DNA from: Octopus sinensis
Taxonomy: Eukaryota
Assembly: GCF_006345805.1 (NCBI RefSeq)
Contig: NC_042999.1
Location: forward strand, 16,430,001 to 16,494,000
Length of the DNA: 64,000 bases
Direction: 5' to 3'
Shown here piece by piece: positions 24,848 to 38,117 of the stretch; positions within the stretch are counted from its first letter, which is position 1; every line of letters begins with the position of its first letter. The notes beneath the pieces are model-generated. The model did not search any database. It saw nothing but the letters and a program-made list of their open reading frames with translations, and had not been told where the DNA came from. The translations under genes were made by a program, and so were the position numbers.

Positions 24848-26147
24848 GAAAGCGTCGTATGCCACATGCTGGATGTGAACCAACAGCCGTGTTAGTCGAT
24901 ACCCACTTTATTCGGCTTGATATACCATATAAGAATTTGCTTGCCGTTTATAAAATTGCATATGCACTATGAAAGTGATGCGTAAAAGATTGAATGTTCG
25001 ATGAAATTAGATGAGAGATAATAGAGCTGGACTTCAGAACGTAAAACATCAAAAAAATATGCCGTCCTTTGATCAGCGAACTCTTGTGCTTCTCTCCCCT
25101 TAAAACAAACCAAAAAACGAAAACAATAACAAAAACATAATGTAATATTAACTCTTCTGAGATTGCAATCTACCAAAATCCAACCAGGAAATTCTTTCTT
25201 GTTGCCTTTATGTTACTTTGTCTAATTTCACAGTACGAAGAACTCTCGTGTTCATTGTATATTAATGCCGCTCAATTAAAACCCATAGTAATTCTTTATA
25301 TGAAATAGTTTTCCGATAACAGATGGTGACAGGGAATTTTCTAATTACGAAATATAATTAGTTATTAGAATAACCTCGCATTTAATTCCCGACAGTTAGG
25401 TTTGTTTGATGTATTCAAATGCATCACCAAGCATTTAGTATTTAGTGATTACTAATCTGCCTCTTTCAGTTTTTGCTACAGACGAGAGTCATAATTTGAT
25501 ACGCCTGGAACTACTATTTCTTTTCTAGTATTAAGAGTCGAATCTCCCTGTCTCTAGTTCTCATCGTTTGTTACTTTTATCGAAACAGTTTAATATATAA
25601 TTTTTCATCTATTACATTGGCATTCGTTGTTTTATGTTACATAATGGAATGCTTGTAACGTTACGTCTGATTTTGTCGTGGAAAGAGAAATGATTGGAAA
25701 TTAGCCAATAAAATATTGTGAAGAGTTAATGGAATAATTGCCCTTCCTAATCCATAGCCTTATTTATTTCTATTGAGAGAAGTCTACTTGTACCAACTCA
25801 CACCAAATGATTTTTGCTTTTTTTAAAATTTAGACAGTGGATATCAATCATCGTTTAAATTGCGCAATTTATATATTACGACAAGTTAATTTTCGTTAAA
25901 GATATAAATTCTTCCATTTTATTTTTGGCAATAAATTTGCTTGTGAATAATTAACGGATTCGAAGTATGAAAATAAAAATGTGAGAACGAGATATATAAG
26001 TAAAAAATTTCATACATAAAATCATACTAAACTCATATTTAAAGACTTCGGTAATGCAATATTTGGTCGTGTCAAGAGGGTATTGAACCATCGATTAACA
26101 TAGTTGATGGTTCGTTTCTTGTATACTTGCACTCGGTGCTGCATAAC

Positions 26148-26510
26148 AGTGGCGTCGCTAGAATGTGTGCTGTTGTTGTTGTTGTTGTTAAGCAACAAGA
26201 CGGGTAAGGGTGATTAGGTTATGGTCTAGGGCTTAGGGGCGGGAGACCCCAGACCTTGGTAAAAAAACACTTTGGTCGTCTTGTTGTAGTCGAGGGCTCT
26301 TCGTTGACGCCCGAAACCATTGGGAGATGGCTCTCGAAGTCGCTGCAAATGGAAATCTCCAGGTCCAAATTCTCGAACGGCTAGAGTGTGTGCTGCCAGG
26401 CGCGGCACATGTGTTTGTAACCGCACCCCCAATACAGGTTTATACAGAAGATTCAAATGTGTCGCCCCAATAAAGGTACCTCCTGGAGCGGAATTCTTCC
26501 ATCACCCCAC
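26148..26510 (+). mobile_element. hAT-like non-autonomous element fragment
   Basis: Begins CAGTGGCGTCGCTAGAATGTGTGCTG; related terminus GCACACACTCTAGCTACGCTAGTG at about 30571-30594. Confidence 0.45.
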
Positions 26511-26699
26511 TAACAACATCTATGCAGAGTTGCAGAGCATTCATTTCCACAAAATTAAAACCCAGGGTATAGTCCACGTATTAGCGAAATGGTATCATCA
26601 GAAGGTAAAACTCCGTTTCACGAACTGGAGCTTGTTTGGAAACCTGTTATCAAATTTGGGCAGAGCTTTACGTTTCCACTCCAAGTTATATAGCAATGT

Positions 26700-26920
26700 T
26701 ATATCGCCATGTTGATTCGCTAGCTTCTGCACGCATTTTTTTCTCTCCTTGTTTCTCTCTGTGTTTCTTTTCTGTGTATCTTTCTGTTGAAGAGCGTAGG
26801 CTCGAAACGTAAAGGACTTGTTTCATTTATATTCCTGAGCGCCATACTAATACAATTGTTTGTTTGTATTTCACCTGCCTTCGTCTTTTGTTTATTTTCA
26901 TAAAGCTTCCCGTTATATAG
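26700..26920 (+). mobile_element. H1 family fragment with hammerhead variant (26779-26816)
   Basis: TCTTT-CTGTTGA-A-GAGC GTAG GCTC-GAAACGT-A-AAGGA. Confidence 0.75.
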
Positions 26921-27049
26921 CAAAAGCTTTGTTCTCACGAAATACTTTACCTAAAAAACCATATCTCTCTATAATGTGTTTGAAATCGATTATGATCTAC
27001 CCGTCTGTGTTGCTTTCTCAGCATGTCTTCATAAAAATTGATCCCTCTG

Positions 27050-27560
27050 GGTACAGATGATCTCCACTTTTTGTGGCTGTTTGCTAGCTCTTTCTCTCTA
27101 TTTTCCTTCATCGATTTAACACACTTTTAGTGTGGTTTTAGATTGGTCCATTAAGCACAGCTTTGAAGATCTTATGCCTTTTCTTCCATTGGCTAGTTTT
27201 CCAAACAACACTTACTTGGTGAATCTAAAGTCATCTATCCATATAACATACCCTAGACACCTGAGACGTATGAATCTAAATATGTGGTTTAATGATGGGA
27301 CGTCTGCTCCCCGGAGCACTTTGGTGTCAAGAATTTTATGTTGCCATCCGTACTTAGAATCTTCGTCAAACGGAGCATGTGAAGAGGCAAGATACAAAAA
27401 CCGTAAATGTACAACACTGGTAGATACTTCTGCCTTATCAATTGTTCTACTACGGATAATATCAAAAGCTTTGTCGAGCTCGCATTGGACTTGTCCGTCA
27501 CGAAAAGAACTGTTCGAGAACAAGTTAGGCGAAGTAGTCAGACGAAAGAAATGGAGTTAC
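27050..27560 (-). pseudogene. RTE-clade LINE RT C-terminal fragment
   Basis: KYGWQHKILDTKVLRGADVPSLNHIFRFIRLRCLGYVIWIDDFRFTK resembles RTE motif WQDKIPDTEVL...LRWLGHV.RMDD.RLPK. Confidence 0.7.
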
Positions 27561-28419
27561 TGTTTCTGAAATATAGTCAACCAATGACAAAAAATAGCCC
27601 AGAAATAACACCCACCCAGCATAACTACAGAAATGTGCTTCTTCAGGGTTTTTTCCATCATAACTTGCTTAGAAATGCGTATTTCTGTATTTCTTAAAGA
27701 AAATTTCCTGAGATATATTTTGGATGGCATACATAACGATTATGAGAAGAAGATTGAAAATTGTATTTTATGTGGACCCTTTCTCTCTAGAATTTGTAAA
27801 GTGCAATTATTTTAGTGAAAAAATTTCAGAGATACGTTTGCTAGGGCTGTTTTTCTTTCGTTTTCCAAATTTTCTCAAAATAATTATATTTTACATCCTT
27901 CAAAAAGCATGACTGGAAAATTTCTTTCAAAAATAAGTATTTTGTTACAAATCAAGTTATTAAGAAGCGGTAGGTAAGATTTGTTTGGAAAACAAACGTA
28001 GTAGGACACGTTTCTTTACAGAAGTATGCCCCATCGACTTCGTTCTCCAAGAAAATCTTGAAATTCTACTTGAATTTCCGTTATGGCTTTTTTTATGTTT
28101 TAATATTAAACTATTGTCTTTAGTCAATATACGGTGAAAGCTTATTCTATTTATTAAACTTTCTTGAAATTTTATCAAGAAAATCACAATCCACATTCTC
28201 TAAAACCTAGCCGCAAAGGAATTAAATAAAAACCACGCTAGCAAGTCCGTTGCGACGGGGAGAAAGAAACTCCCGACCAGAAGTTCTTTTCCAATCTCTT
28301 TACTCTCCTTAGGTTTGTCACGAACCCTAGCGTTCCGAAAGGTGGGACTTATTCCGGTTTTCATGAGATATAAGTGAATGAGATTACAACATTCCACCCC
28401 TTGGACAAGACACCGGTCC

Positions 28420-28590
28420 AAAGCAGAGTATTTCCCAGCTATTGTTGGAACGTAAATACAGCTGAGCGGACACAAGGATTGTAAAATGAAGCGTTTTGCG
28501 CATGACCGGAATGTACCACCCGGGCAGAGAGCCGAAACCGCAATCTTATGATCACTAATGTTACACCAAAAGAACTAGGACAAATGCCTT
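28420..28590 (-). mobile_element. CORE-type SINE, diverged
   Basis: AAATACAGCTGAGCGGAC...GTAAAATGAAGCGTTTTGCGCATG...CCGAAACCGCAATCTTATGATC. Confidence 0.6.
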
Positions 28591-28634
28591 AACTAATCGT
28601 AATCTATGCTATCTAAAATTTATTTTTCCTTTTT

Positions 28635-29180
28635 TACGTTCTGAGTTCAAATTCCGCCGAGGCCAACTTTGCTTTTCATCCTTTCGAGGTCGATAAATTA
28701 AGTCCCAGTTGCGTACTGGAGTCGACCCAGTCGACTGGCCCCCTCCCCCCAAATTACGGGCCTTGTGCCTAGAGTAGAAAAGAATATATATATATACTTC
28801 CTTTTTATCTTATAGCTTGTTTCATTCATTCGACTACGGCCATGCTGGGGTACCGCCTTGGTAGCTTTAGCCCTATAAATCGACCCTCATACTAATTTTT
28901 ATAGTCTGGTACTTATTCTTTAGTACATTTTTTTGTCGAACTTCTCGTTACAAGGACAAAAGCAAACCGACATCGTTGTCAAAGAAGGGAGCGAAAACAC
29001 ACTAATACGACCCCCGCCCCCACACACATATGACGAGAATCCACACAGATTCTGCCTACAAAACTAACTCATAAGGTATTGGTCAGCTGGGTGTTACAGT
29101 GTAAGGCACCCAATGTGCCGCGCGGTGGGGCTCAACCTAAAGCCATGCGGTTGCTAAGAGAGCTTAACCACACAGTCATA
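28635..29180. mobile_element. SINE family A fragment (28635-28785, +) followed by SINE family B (28800-29180, -)
   Basis: Family-diagnostic motifs as above. Confidence 0.75.
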
Positions 29181-29559
29181 TCTGGATAATTTTCATTTAA
29201 AAACTATGCATTATTTTAAAAAAGTTATTAGGATACAAAGTCGGAATGGGCACATTTCTGTTGTTATGCCATCTCTCCCATCTTAAACGCCATATCAACG
29301 AAGGAGCCGAGTGTCTCTACGCGGTCGCTCGATTTGTTAGATATAGCAACCAAATTTCCCTCCAGTTACCCTCTAATATAATAAAAGAAGATAACATGGT
29401 GTGATGTATTATTGGATGTACGAAAATCTGGAGTGGTCACGGGTGGACGTTTTTAATCATAGGTCTGTTCAATCGGAGAGGGTCTTAGAACTAAAGCACA
29501 GCTGTAACAACAGCTAGTATGTACGAACACACTAACGAAGAACTATTAGCGCAGCTGAG

Positions 29560-30600
29560 CGGAGTAGGAGCGCTGAGCCCCGGGTGGCACTTTTAAAGGG
29601 GCGGCACTTTTGGGTCTGCTGTCGGCAATATGTGTTTTGTATGGGATCCGGGGGCGGCAAACGGAAGGGCCGCCCGCAAAATTTTTTCCCACGAGAATTC
29701 CAGACCTCAGTAATGAACTCATTTGCATCAACCAACCAGAGCTCACGTTGAACTTGTTGTCAAGTTAACAAAGGTTGGTATTCAAAATGGCGACCTCCGA
29801 TTGCTATGTGAATCTTGTATTGTGTTCTCATTCAGATGCCAATACCATCGATACTAAAGACATATGCTGGTTAGCGGTAAATTTGAATTAACGAAAATTT
29901 CTAGTCAGTATGAAGTCAATTGGTGTACAGCCGACTGCAGCATCCAGGAGAAAGATGGTTGGTGGTGTCAGAAACTGCACTGATTCTGGCAGACCGTTGA
30001 AGGATTGTTTGAATAGTGTCAAAGGAAAGGTGCCGTTCAGCTCTCAAATTATGCTTAGACACAAAGGCCAACATAACATTCATGAATGTGTTAAAACAAT
30101 CAATCTCTTGGTAAAACACACTCTACCAAGAAAACTTAACATGAAGAACGGTGTTGTAAGTTGACCGATGGCCAAGTGATACCTGATTTTTGAAGGGGAC
30201 AAGTAAGTAGATAGATTTGCATCTACCCCATATGTTAGGGCCTCATATGGTAAAGATGTGGATGGAAAAGCGTGAGCAGAGGGTGATGTGCGATCAACCC
30301 TCTCCCTTTACTGTTTTACAAAGTAAACAACAACAGAAATAACTACGCAAGGGCAGCCATGGTTGGAACAAGAACAAGTACAACAAGCATTCTTAAAAGA
30401 GAAAAGAGGCATGGTCATTCCTTACCCAAGTGATCTCATCTTATCGCTCATCACTTATGCGCTCATAAATTAGTTTTGATAGTTGAGCTCTGATTGGCTG
30501 TATGCAAATGGTTTCATAACTGGGGTTCGGAACACTCGTGGGAAAAAAAACTTCACGGGCTGCCCCGGGCGGCACACACTCTAGCTACGCTAGTGTTAAT
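29560..30600 (-). mobile_element. hAT-like element ends enclosing a highly decayed RTE-like RT fragment (about 29790-30150, +)
   Basis: GC-rich termini CCCCGGGTGGCAC and CCCCGGGCGGCACACACTCTAGCTACGCTAGTG; internal translation RLL...LVLCSHSDA loosely resembles RELLYADD..L.SHSE. Confidence 0.35.
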
Positions 30601-30849
30601 AACAAAACCGCCTTTGAATTCCACCCTAAAATGTTTAACGGATGTTCAACAGACACATTGGAAAATGTAGCTCTCGATATATTATGCCTTAGAAAAAACG
30701 GATACATGAATGAAAACAAATGATTATGGCCGGATTTAGCTTTAAAATAGATATAAATGTGCTTAATCGGGGTTTGACTTGGAGTTAAATAACAACAACA
30801 ATAAGAGTAATAGTAATTTTTTCTACTATTTCTTTGTTTTTCTTTCTTT

Positions 30850-31304
30850 CTTTCTTTTACTTGTTTCAGACGTTTGACTGCGGCCATGCTGGAGTACCGC
30901 CTTTAGTCGAGCAAATCGACCCCCAGGACTTATACTTTGTAAGCCTAGTACTTATTCTATCGGTTTCTTTTGCCAAACCGCTAAGTTACGGGGACTTAGA
31001 CACGCTAGCATCGGTTGTGAAGCGATGTTGGGGGGGGGGACAAACAAAGACATACAAACTTAATGTGACCTCGTGTGTACCGTTGGCGATTTCTTTCCTT
31101 TGTCTTCCCTTCTCTGGATCTTTCCTTCTCCTATGTTTCCGACGAAGAGCTCCGCTCGAAAAGTTAAACCCTCCTTCTTTCCTTCTTTCCTGAGCGTCCA
31201 ATAATACTATATTTGTTCAACGTCCTCGCGTTGTTGTGCTTTTTGTGTTTTCTTGTTTGGATTAACTTTATGCACACACATACATACATACATACATACA
31301 TACA

Positions 31305-31340
<36 letters not shown>

Positions 31341-31525
31341 TATACATATATATATACATATATACGATGGGCTTCTTTCAGTTTCCGTCCACCAAATTCA
31401 CTCACAAGGCTTTGGTCGGCCCGAGGCAATAACAGAAGACACTTGCCCAAGTTATCAGACAATGGGACTGAACCCGAAACCATGTGGTTGGGAAGCAAGC
31501 TACTTACCACACAACCACTGCTACG
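30850..31525 (-). mobile_element. SINE family B with nested hammerhead-bearing fragment (31080-31270, +)
   Basis: Tail 30850-31050, head 31365-31525; insert has GTTT-CCGACGA-A-GAGC TCC GCTC-GAAAAGT-T-AAAC at 31135-31169. Confidence 0.8.
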
Positions 31526-31939
31526 CCTCAGTGTAACTAATTGAATCGGTTGCAGGCTGGTGATGCATAATACGAATTCGTTCCATGCAGATGTTCACCA
31601 GAAACCCGCAAACCGGTTAATGTGCTGGTAATAAACGAGTGCATGCTCAGATATGCTCAGGTGCTAGTGGACCCACCACGGCCATACTTGTAGATTTGGT
31701 GTATCAGACTAACCCGATGTTGAACGTGGGGTGCTTCCAGTCACTCCATAGATTTCTCAATTTTGGGGGATCCTTTGTCTACACTCTGATTTAAAATCCG
31801 GCTGCAGTTCTTCATTTTCTCCGGGGTCTATAAATTACAGTAACAGTCCAGTATTGGTCTCGATACAATAGACAAATACAATCCCTTCAAAACTGCAGGT
31901 CGTGTGCCTACATTACAAATAATACAAAACTGAAAGAAT

Positions 31940-32530
31940 AAGGTAGTGAGCTGGCAGAAACGTTAGTACGCCGGGCGAAATGCGTAGCCGTATTTCGTCT
32001 GTCGTTACGTTGTGAGTTCAAATTCCGCCGAGGTCGACTTTGCCTTTCATCCTTTCGGGGTCGATAAATTAAGTACCAGTTACGCACTGGGACCGATGTA
32101 ATCGACTTAATCCATGTGTCTGTCCTTGTTTGTCCCCTCTATGTTTAGCCCCTTGTGGGTAATAAAGAAATAGATATTTAGTCCGTCTTAACGTTCTGAG
32201 TTCAAATTCCGTCAACAGCGACTTTCACTTTCATCGCTTCGGAGTCGAGGAAATGAGACCAGTTGAACACTGGGATTGATGTAATCGACTTACCCCTACC
32301 CCGAAATTGCTAGCCTTGCGCTAAAACTTAAAGCCAATATTCAAGGTAACGAGCTAGCAGAATTGTTAGAGAGTCAGGAAATTTTCTTGAAGTATTTCTT
32401 TCGGGGGTTTACATTCTGAGTTCAAATCCTGCCAAAGCTTATGATGCCTTTCATCCTTCCGAGATCGGTGGAATTGAGTACTCGTCAAGAACTGAGGCTG
32501 GTGGTGATGATTAACCCCCTACTTTCAAAA
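31940..32530 (+). mobile_element. Cluster of three SINE family A copies of decreasing fidelity
   Basis: GAGCTGGCAGAAACGTTAG... at 31948; further GTTCTGAGTTCAAAT-like units near 32193 and 32413. Confidence 0.85.
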
Positions 32531-32772
32531 TTTCTGCTCTTGCACCGAAATCATTATTATTATTATTATTGACTCAAGTTAGGTGAAAACGTAAATCTTA
32601 ACCAAATGAAAGTCCCTTCCTTTGCTGTTCTGGTCACTAAGGTTTATAACTGCCTGTAATGTCTACCATCGATGCACAAGGGTAGACAAGCAAAGGATTA
32701 GGTTTTTTTTTTGTTTCAAATTTTCACAAAACTTCACGTCAAAACGAGTATTAAGCAAACAACATGGCGCGT

Positions 32773-32804
<32 letters not shown>

Positions 32805-33909
32805 CACAACAAGGCAGAAGTGACCCCAAAACTAACAAATCACTTTATAGTAACAAAATACACCACAGAATAACCACCTATAAAAATTGGAAAATAATGA
32901 ACATTTAAAACAGTATTTGATCGAAAAAGAAATTATATTTTCTTGCTGTCTTTCATTAAATTCTGGAACTAAAAACAGTTTGATTTTACACAATTCTTCC
33001 AGCCTTATCCTTTTTTTTCTTCTTGGAACATTTTCCGGTCTAAAAATTCTGTATGAGTTGCGACAGAGGTAAATCTACCTTCTTTCATACAAGTACTGTA
33101 TCGTTTGCCTAAAATATTTGTATTTTCACGAACACCGTCCTTGTTACAACCTTTATTCAAAATAATTTTAAAATTGAAAGATAATATTTATATCCCCACT
33201 TAAGCGTAGATTGTTTTGTTAGAACAAAATTGTTTGGATTCCATCGTCTTGTGATGAGTTGGAGCAAATGAAAACTGCAAAAAATTTCCAAATCATCTGA
33301 AAGATTGCGAAGAACCGCACAAAAAAGTAAAAGAACCTCCGTAAAACGAAAGAAAACCCAACAAAAAGTAAGGTAAAAAGGTACAAAGATGTGTCCGTAT
33401 CAGGGCAAAAAATCGTGTTATACAAGCGAGCTGTATATCAACTCAGAGATAACAACGAAATAAAGGGTGAGCAGGGGCACCTTGTACAAAATCACAATTG
33501 TTTTTCTTCACAGTTTGATAGAGATAAGACAAAGACGGGGATAAATTATAATCCACCGCCCTTGGAAGATCAAAGCAAAGACTTTATTGCATCGATAAAA
33601 TAAGTTCTGGTGCAGCATTATGGTGCGTAGACCTGATCGAATATAGTCGTCCATAAAATGCGTGCATGGTAGTGTGTATAAGTTAGAAATCCTCGTAACA
33701 AACATTAAATTGTAGTCAAATTTACGTTAATAAAAAAAAATACGATATACTTCTATTAAGAGCAGATAATATATTTCTTCACGCTCTGTTAGTACCAGTT
33801 AATAGTATTGTCTGATTCTAAGAGAAATAAAACGAAAGCATATCCCACAAGGCTCCACGATATATTCTTTCATCTGTTCAGACGTGATCAAATCAATAGA
33901 TACACGCAT

Positions 33910-33952
<43 letters not shown>

Positions 33953-34145
33953 AATATATATATGTACACACACACACACATATATATATATAGCTAAATA
34001 TTCCTAATTTTGGTACATACATACTTACATACATATATATATGTGTACATCTATAGGTACATATATATATCTATATAATATAAACATATATATATGCACA
34101 TACACGTACACATATATACATATATGGGCATATGTATGTGTGTGT

Positions 34146-34194
<49 letters not shown>

Positions 34195-34292
34195 GCAGAT
34201 ATACGTAGATAATTGCATATCTTTGCGTATACATGAGTGCATAAATATATATGTGTACACGCGTATATACATGTAAAGTATCTCACTCTCGC

Positions 34293-34323
<31 letters not shown>

Positions 34324-34334
34324 GTGTGTGTGTG

Positions 34335-34391
<57 letters not shown>

Positions 34392-34599
34392 GTATATATC
34401 TATATATGTATATATATATATGTATATGTGTGTATATATGTGTGTGTGTGTGTGTGTATGGCCGCATACGTACGCACACCCATACATACACAGAGGTAGA
34501 CAGACTGATAGATGTATGCTTTGTGCATAAGAAAGGAATATTGAATCCTTTTGTGTAGATACAATTCTTTATCATGGTTATTAATATTTTTGTTTTTGA

Positions 34600-34925
34600 G
34601 GCGGCGTGCTGGCAGAATCGTTAGCACGCCAGGCAAAATGCTTAGTGGCATTTCACCTGTCTTTACGTTCTGAGTTCAAATTCCGCCGAGGTTCGACTTT
34701 GCCTTTCATCCTTTCGGGTTTGATGAAATAGTACCCATTGAAAACTGGGGTCGATGTAATGCCGTGTCGAAACATTCTGTTCAGGCGGATGATATAATAA
34801 GAGTTAAACTTACATGTTTAACTAAACGCCGGGTGAAATGCGATAAATTAAGTACCAGCTGGGTACTGGGGTCGATTTAATCGACTGGCTCCTCCCACCA
34901 AATTTCTGGCCTTGTGCCTAGAGAC
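34600..34925 (+). mobile_element. SINE family A, rearranged
   Basis: GGCGGCGTGCTGGCAGAATCGTTAGCAC...; second partial unit from 34825. Confidence 0.8.
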
Positions 34926-35180
34926 AAAAAGACTATCATGCTCCTTCTAATCAAACTTCACTTTGTATGTAGAAACCTTACATTCACATTTCCACTGAGT
35001 AGACTTTAAAAAAACCCCAGCAAAAACAGTTGATGTTTTGTCTTGTATTAGTGTCATTAACATAATCTTGAAGAAACAATAACTGCTGGATTTTTGAAGC
35101 TATCTCTACAGGTATTGTACGGAGATTAAAGCCAACATTAGCTTGTTACGGCGCCACGAACCAGTGCTGGCTCTAATTTC

Positions 35181-35511
35181 GGATTTTTTCACTTTGACCG
35201 GCAGATTTAAAAAATAATTTCTTTGTAACTAAACACTCTTAAGCGAAATATACACCGCCGGAAGTTCTTGTTGAACTTGTTGACAAACAACAGCAGTAAT
35301 TGTATTCACCTCAATAGAAGTCATTGATTGGTTAAAATTGCCGAAATACAAGAAATTTAACAACAAATAGCTTACAAACTACAGAATTTTCTCAAGAACG
35401 CCAAGAGAAAAAGATGTTTTATGTGACACATTCTACCAGTATACGAAGTTTAAAAGTGTTTAGTTACAAAGATATTATTTTTTAAATCTGCCGGTCAAAG
35501 TGAAAAGATCC
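35181..35511. mobile_element. MITE with GGAT(C)TTTTC termini and 8-bp TSD (Merlin-like), internally deleted
   Basis: TIR GGATTTTTTCACTTTGACCGGCAGATTTAAAAAATAAT / ATTATTTTTTAAATCTGCCGGTCAAAGTGAAAAGATCC; flanks CTAATTTC / CTGATTTC. Confidence 0.85.
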
Positions 35512-35708
35512 CTGATTTCTATCGAGTACCTGTAGAGATAACTTTAAAAAGTGAATTAATAGCATTGCTAACACAGGTGAGACACTATATTGATTTGTGA
35601 ACCTTTAACATACTTGGTAGTATGTTATGATTGCATAACAATATACGGTGTACCCAACAGCAATTAAAATCACTGGTTTAACAATCTAAATATTTGTACA
35701 ATCCTTCG

Positions 35709-36620
35709 AGGGCGGCGAGTTGGCAGAACCGTTTGCACGCCGGGCGAAATGCGTAGCCGTATTTCGTCTGCCGTTACGTTCTGAGTTCAAATTCCGCCGA
35801 GGTCGACTTTGCCTTTTATCCTTTCAGAGTCGATAAATTAAGTACCAGTTACGCACAGGAGTCGATGTAATCGACTTAATCCCTTTGTCTGTCCTTGTTT
35901 GTCCTCTCTGTGTTTAACCCCTTGTGGGTAGTAAAGAATTAGGTATTTCGTCTGCCGTTACGTTCTGAGTTCAAATTCCGCCGAGGTCGACTTTGCCTTT
36001 TATCATTTCGGGGTCGATAAATTAAGTACCAGTTACGCACTGGAATCGATGTAATCGACTTAATACCTATGTCTGTCCTTGTTTGTCACCTCTATGTTTA
36101 GCCCCTTGTGGGTAATAAAAATAAACAAAAACAATCCTTCGTGTATAAATAAAACTATATTATAGAACAGCATAAGGCGGCGAGCTGGCGAGCTGTCTTT
36201 GTTTGTCCCCTCTATGTTTAGCCCCTTGTGGGTAGTAAAGAATTAGGTATTTCGTCTGCCGTTACGTTCTGAGTTCAAACTCCGCTGAGGTCGACTTTGC
36301 CTCTCATCCTTTCGGGGTCGATAAATTAAGTACCAGTTACACACTGGAGTCGATGTAATCGACTTAATCCGTTTGTCTGTCTTTGTTTGTCCCCTCTATG
36401 TTTAGCCCCTTGTGGGTAGTAAAGAATTAGGTATTTCGTCTGCCGTTACGTTCTGAGTTCAAACTCCGCCGAGGTCGACTTTGCCTTTCATCCTTTCGTG
36501 GTCGATAAATTAAGTACCAGTTACGCACTGGAGTTCATGTAATCGACGTAATCCCTTTGTCTGTCTTTGTTTGTCCCCTCTATGTTTAGCCCCTTGTGGG
36601 TAATAAAAAAAATTAAAAAA
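35709..36620 (+). mobile_element. Tandem array of SINE family A units (about 184-bp period)
   Basis: GTATTTCGTCTGCCGTTACG starts at 35759, 35943, 36247, 36430. Confidence 0.95.
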
Positions 36621-37090
36621 AACAATCCTTCGTGTATAAATAAAACTATATTATAGAACAGCATAAACTCATCCTCTCTGTCTCTCTGTCTCTCTGTCTC
36701 TCTCTCTCTCTCTCTCACACACTCATACACATACGTGAGCGCGTGCATGCACACATCTAAACCACGTGTTTTGTTTCTTATGGTTGTCTATCGAATTAGC
36801 TGACGGCCAATTTCTCCTCGGGGATTCTTTGATGACTGTCCTTGACTCAATGACTCAATCCTTGATTTGCAATTTCGGTTGTTGCAGACATGACATGTGA
36901 ATATTTGGTTTGGAGAGGTTGTCCATTAAATTTGCGTGCGCCTATCTTCTTGCTTCCGAAAGATAGGGCTGAGGGTATCCCTCTTTTTCATGTCTTAACT
37001 TCCCTGCTAGCAGGCAGTGACACGTACGCGTAAGCATGCACACACAACACACACACACACACACACACACAATACACACACTCACACCAA

Positions 37091-37124
<34 letters not shown>

Positions 37125-37198
37125 GCAGACATAATGCTGAAACACTGTATCACAAAGCTGTACAATGTATCAGAGCAGTATAATAATTGACATTTGCG

Positions 37199-37325
37199 CG
37201 TAGTTGTAGTAGTAGTAGTGGTAGTAGTAGTAGCTGTAGTAGTAGTAGTAGTAGTAGTAGTAACAGCAGCAGCAGCAGTAGTAGTAGTATCTGTAGTAGT
37301 AGTAGTGGTAGTAGTAGTAGTAGTG

Positions 37326-37362
<37 letters not shown>

Positions 37363-37398
37363 TAGTAGTAGCTGCAGTAGTAGTAGTAGCTGTAGTAT

Positions 37399-37431
<33 letters not shown>

Positions 37432-37533
37432 CAGCTGTAATAGTAGTAGTAGGTGTAGTAGCTGTAGTAGTAGTGGTAGTAGTAGTAGCTGTAGTAGTAG
37501 TAGTAGCTGTAGTATTAGTAGTAGTAGTAGTAT

Positions 37534-37569
<36 letters not shown>

Positions 37570-37578
37570 CTGTAGTAT

Positions 37579-37620
<42 letters not shown>

Positions 37621-37788
37621 CTGTAATAGTAGTAGTAGGTGTAGTAGCTGTAGTAGTAGTGGTAGTAGTAGTAGTAGTAGTAGTAGTAGCTGTAATAGTA
37701 GTAGTAGGTGTAGTAGCTGTAGTAGTAGTGGTAGTAGTAGTAGTAGTATAGTAGTAGTAGTAGTAGTAGTAGTAGCAGCAGCAGCAGC
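37199..37788. repeat. (TAG)n trinucleotide array with recurring GCTGTA/GGT variants
   Basis: About 590 bp; higher-order blocks such as AGCTGTAATAGTAGTAGTAGGTGTAGTAGCTGTAGTAGTAGTGG recur three times. Confidence 0.95.
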
Positions 37789-38117
37789 ATAGTCCCCGAG
37801 TCGACTTTGATTGAACAGGCTTATGATTAAAGCCGTTGCAACAGTGAACCTTCCCTTTCATTTTTCAGACAAATTATCTTTAGGATTATAACATCAAATG
37901 TATTCCGTTTCTTTTTCAAAGATAACAGCGTGTAGTTTTCAGAGAGATTTGGTTGTTAATTCGACAGGATGAGCTAATGAAGATCAGCATAGTTTAAACA
38001 TGGCAATGTTTACTTAGGCTCAAACTAGTCCTGATTGAAGCGATCTATTATGAAATGAATTTCATTCGAGACTGCCTTACCTTACATTTTAGACTTGTCC
38101 TTTCATGGACTATGTTA

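Noticed and set aside
26605-26655. Minus-strand TTGATAA...GAAACGGAGTT, and nearby CTGATGA at about 26595
   Set aside because: No helix I or II pairing; chance match.
35709-36620. CRISPR-like regularly spaced repeats
   Set aside because: Whole 184-bp unit repeats with no unique spacers; SINE multimer in eukaryotic DNA with no cas genes.
37082-37861. 259/201/185-aa poly-Thr, poly-Ser and poly-Val ORFs
   Set aside because: Translations of a (TAG)n array open in several frames; no splice signals or unique coding flanks.
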